A stretch of 37,946 bases of DNA from Paramecium tetraurelia (Eukaryota): positions 248,001 through 285,946 of the forward strand of contig CT868006.1 of the NCBI GenBank assembly GCA_000165425.1, written 5' to 3'. Shown here in pieces: positions 36,007 to 37,946 of the stretch. The position numbers were made by a program, and so were the translations under genes. Each line of letters starts with the position of its first letter. Within the stretch, counting starts at the first letter, position 1. The notes below the pieces were generated by a model. It did no database searches and had not been told where the DNA came from. It saw only the letters and a list, made by a program, of their open reading frames with translations.

Positions 36007-37720
36007 TCAATTCCCACAAATTATTATTTTTTTTACTTTCATGTATTAATTGTTCCTTTTAATCTTAACTTCAACCCAAATGCCAACTTTTTTTATCATT
36101 ATTATATTCACCATTCTCAGTTATTTACTTATAGTTCCAGCTTTAATTTTTAGATATCTAAATCCACTTCCCAATCTTTATTTCATGACCTCCTTCATCA
36201 TATGATCCTCCACCACTAGCACATTTTCAAAACTCAATATTTATATTTTTTACATTAGCTTATTTCTTTCATTATCACACTATATTAGACTGATATCCCA
36301 TCGACCAACTTTGTAACCGTTTTTATATTCACCATTAAGTATGAATTTTTTCTTTTCATCCAATTCAATCCACTACCCAATTTTTTTGCCATAACCTTCT
36401 TAATCATAGAATCCTCCACCACTATCACATTTTCAAAACTCAATATGATATATTTTACATTCGCTTATTGTGTTTATTTTCAAACTATATTAGATTGATA
36501 TCCCATCTACCAACTTTGTAACCGTTTTTATATTCACCTTTTTAGGTTATATATCTAAAATTTTAATAGATAAATATTTCATCCAATTCAATCCACATTC
36601 CAAACTTAATTTCATGACCTTCTTCATCGTATGATCCTCCACCACTATTATATTTTTTCAACTTAATATTATATATTTTACATTTTCATATTTAATTTAT
36701 CGCCATGCAGCAACCAGGAATCCCACTGACCAACCTTTTTCCCATATTTATATAAACCAATATTCTTTTGTTTGTAACTATTCACTTTATCCAAATCAAT
36801 CCACCTTCCGATTTTAAGACCTCCTTCATCATACGATCCTCCACCCCTAAATTATATTTTGCTTTTTACATAAACTCATTATTCCTACTCCAAATTTCCC
36901 ATTTACCTACTTTCTTTCCATTTTGAATATTCCCTATCTCTAAAAGATAACTATAATATGTCATGCTTCTATTTAACTCAAAACCACCAAAACCATAGAA
37001 AACGCAAGCTCTAATATAGACCCTCTTGAATACATCAATTTATTTTCATTATCTATATCTTTCCAAATACCAACTTTTTTACCATTTAAATATTCACCAA
37101 TTTAGCTTATCTCACTTACTATCTCGACCCACTTCCCAATCTTAAGTCCTCTAACTTCATCATATGATCCTCCACCACTAACACATTTTTTCCAACTTAA
37201 TTTTATATATTTTACATTACTTATTTGATTCTTTATTAAATTATATTAGACAGATTTCCCATCTGCCAACTTTCTATCCATTTTTATACTCACCATTATA
37301 AGTGATATAATTATTAAAATGATTTATATATATTTTCTGCCATTCAACCCACATTCCAATTTTAATATTACCACCTCCTTCATCATATGATCCTCCACCA
37401 CTAGCATATTTTTCAACTTTATACATTTTCATATTTAATTTATCATTATACAATAACCAAGAATCCCACTGACCAACTTTTTTCCCATATTTGTATACAC
37501 CAACATAAGTTGCGTTATTTAAAAAATCTGGTTCATTCCATTTACCAATCTTAATACCCCCTCCATATGAACCACCACCACTATTACTTCTTAAGGGGAA
37601 ATTTACATATATTCATCTTTTACACTAAAACATTCCCATTTACCAATTTTCTTACCAATTTAGGTATCGCCAATAGAGAAAGTTCCACTATTGCTGAAAT
37701 AACCTCCTCAATATACATAC
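36007..37720 (-). CDS. Tandem-repeat protein (IGGGSYDE.G.K.G.W.E...GEY.NG.KVG.W; MORN-variant/YwqK-like); 5' end runs beyond reliable sequence
   Basis: At least 7 units (+ strand signature tatgatcctccacca at about 36201, 36407, 36630, 36832, 37163, 37386, 37567), each with an intron just before GGGSY. Mostly in frame, with 1-nt anomalies at about 37218 and about 36090. Confidence 0.75.
36180..37610. repeat. Imperfect about 180-330 nt tandem DNA repeats including duplicated introns
   Basis: 36279-36332 is nearly identical to 36484-36538; 36681-36760 is nearly identical to 37424-37503. Confidence 0.85.
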
Positions 37721-37946
37721 ATGTTGCTCTTCGTTTTCCTCTTACCCGCTTGCTCGACACATTCACACGCCCTCATGATCTTACCCCCACCGTTATCCTA
37801 CCATCTTCTTTTATTCTAAACCCTTTTCCACATCCCCCCTTTATTCCCCCCTTCATCTTCTCCCATCCCCGTTCGTTCTTTTGCAAAACTAACCCTTTCT
37901 ACTATTTCAATCAACCTGCCGATCTTAATACCTCTATCCTCTTCAT

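Noticed and set aside
36180..37610. Periodic repeats as a CRISPR-like array
   Set aside because: Units are 180-330 nt, protein-coding and intron-containing; the context is eukaryotic and no cas genes are present.
37700..37946. C-rich terminal stretch as a telomere, new repeat or foreign DNA
   Set aside because: There are no C4A2/C3A3 or G4T2 arrays. It still echoes the repeat unit (tcatgatcttacccccacc; ccgatcttaatacc...cttcat), so it most likely is low-quality contig-end sequence.

Overview
Eukaryotic, very AT-rich DNA that reads as a ciliate macronuclear chromosome segment, almost certainly Paramecium. TAA/TAG are read through as Gln inside conserved motifs, TGA is the only stop, introns are tiny (about 21-38 nt, GT..AG), and intergenic gaps are often only 25-80 nt. 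The supplied ORF track uses the standard code and is mostly fragments or wrong-frame artefacts, so I re-translated by hand with code 6. Positions 1-32 kb are gene-dense, with about 20 CDS: SF-assemblin, a Dpy-30-motif protein, an EF-hand calpain carrying a frameshift, a TFIIS-M/SPOC-like protein, a degenerate YTH + RE/KE-repeat protein, a cytosolic carboxypeptidase (CCP), an AGC kinase, stomatin, a GATase-like pseudo-enzyme, an atypical eIF2-alpha-kinase-like protein, a GYF-less U5-52K/CD2BP2, LITAF, a B-box-like zinc finger protein, kinesin-8 and several hypotheticals. From about 32 kb the sequence changes to decayed gene remnants and two convergent copies of a GGGSYD..KxGxWxE (MORN-variant-like) repeat gene, and it ends in a C-rich, probably low-quality tail. 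I saw no rRNA, tRNA, CRISPR, telomere or transposase. Family calls come from motif recognition by eye, not database searches, and exon boundaries are hand-derived.
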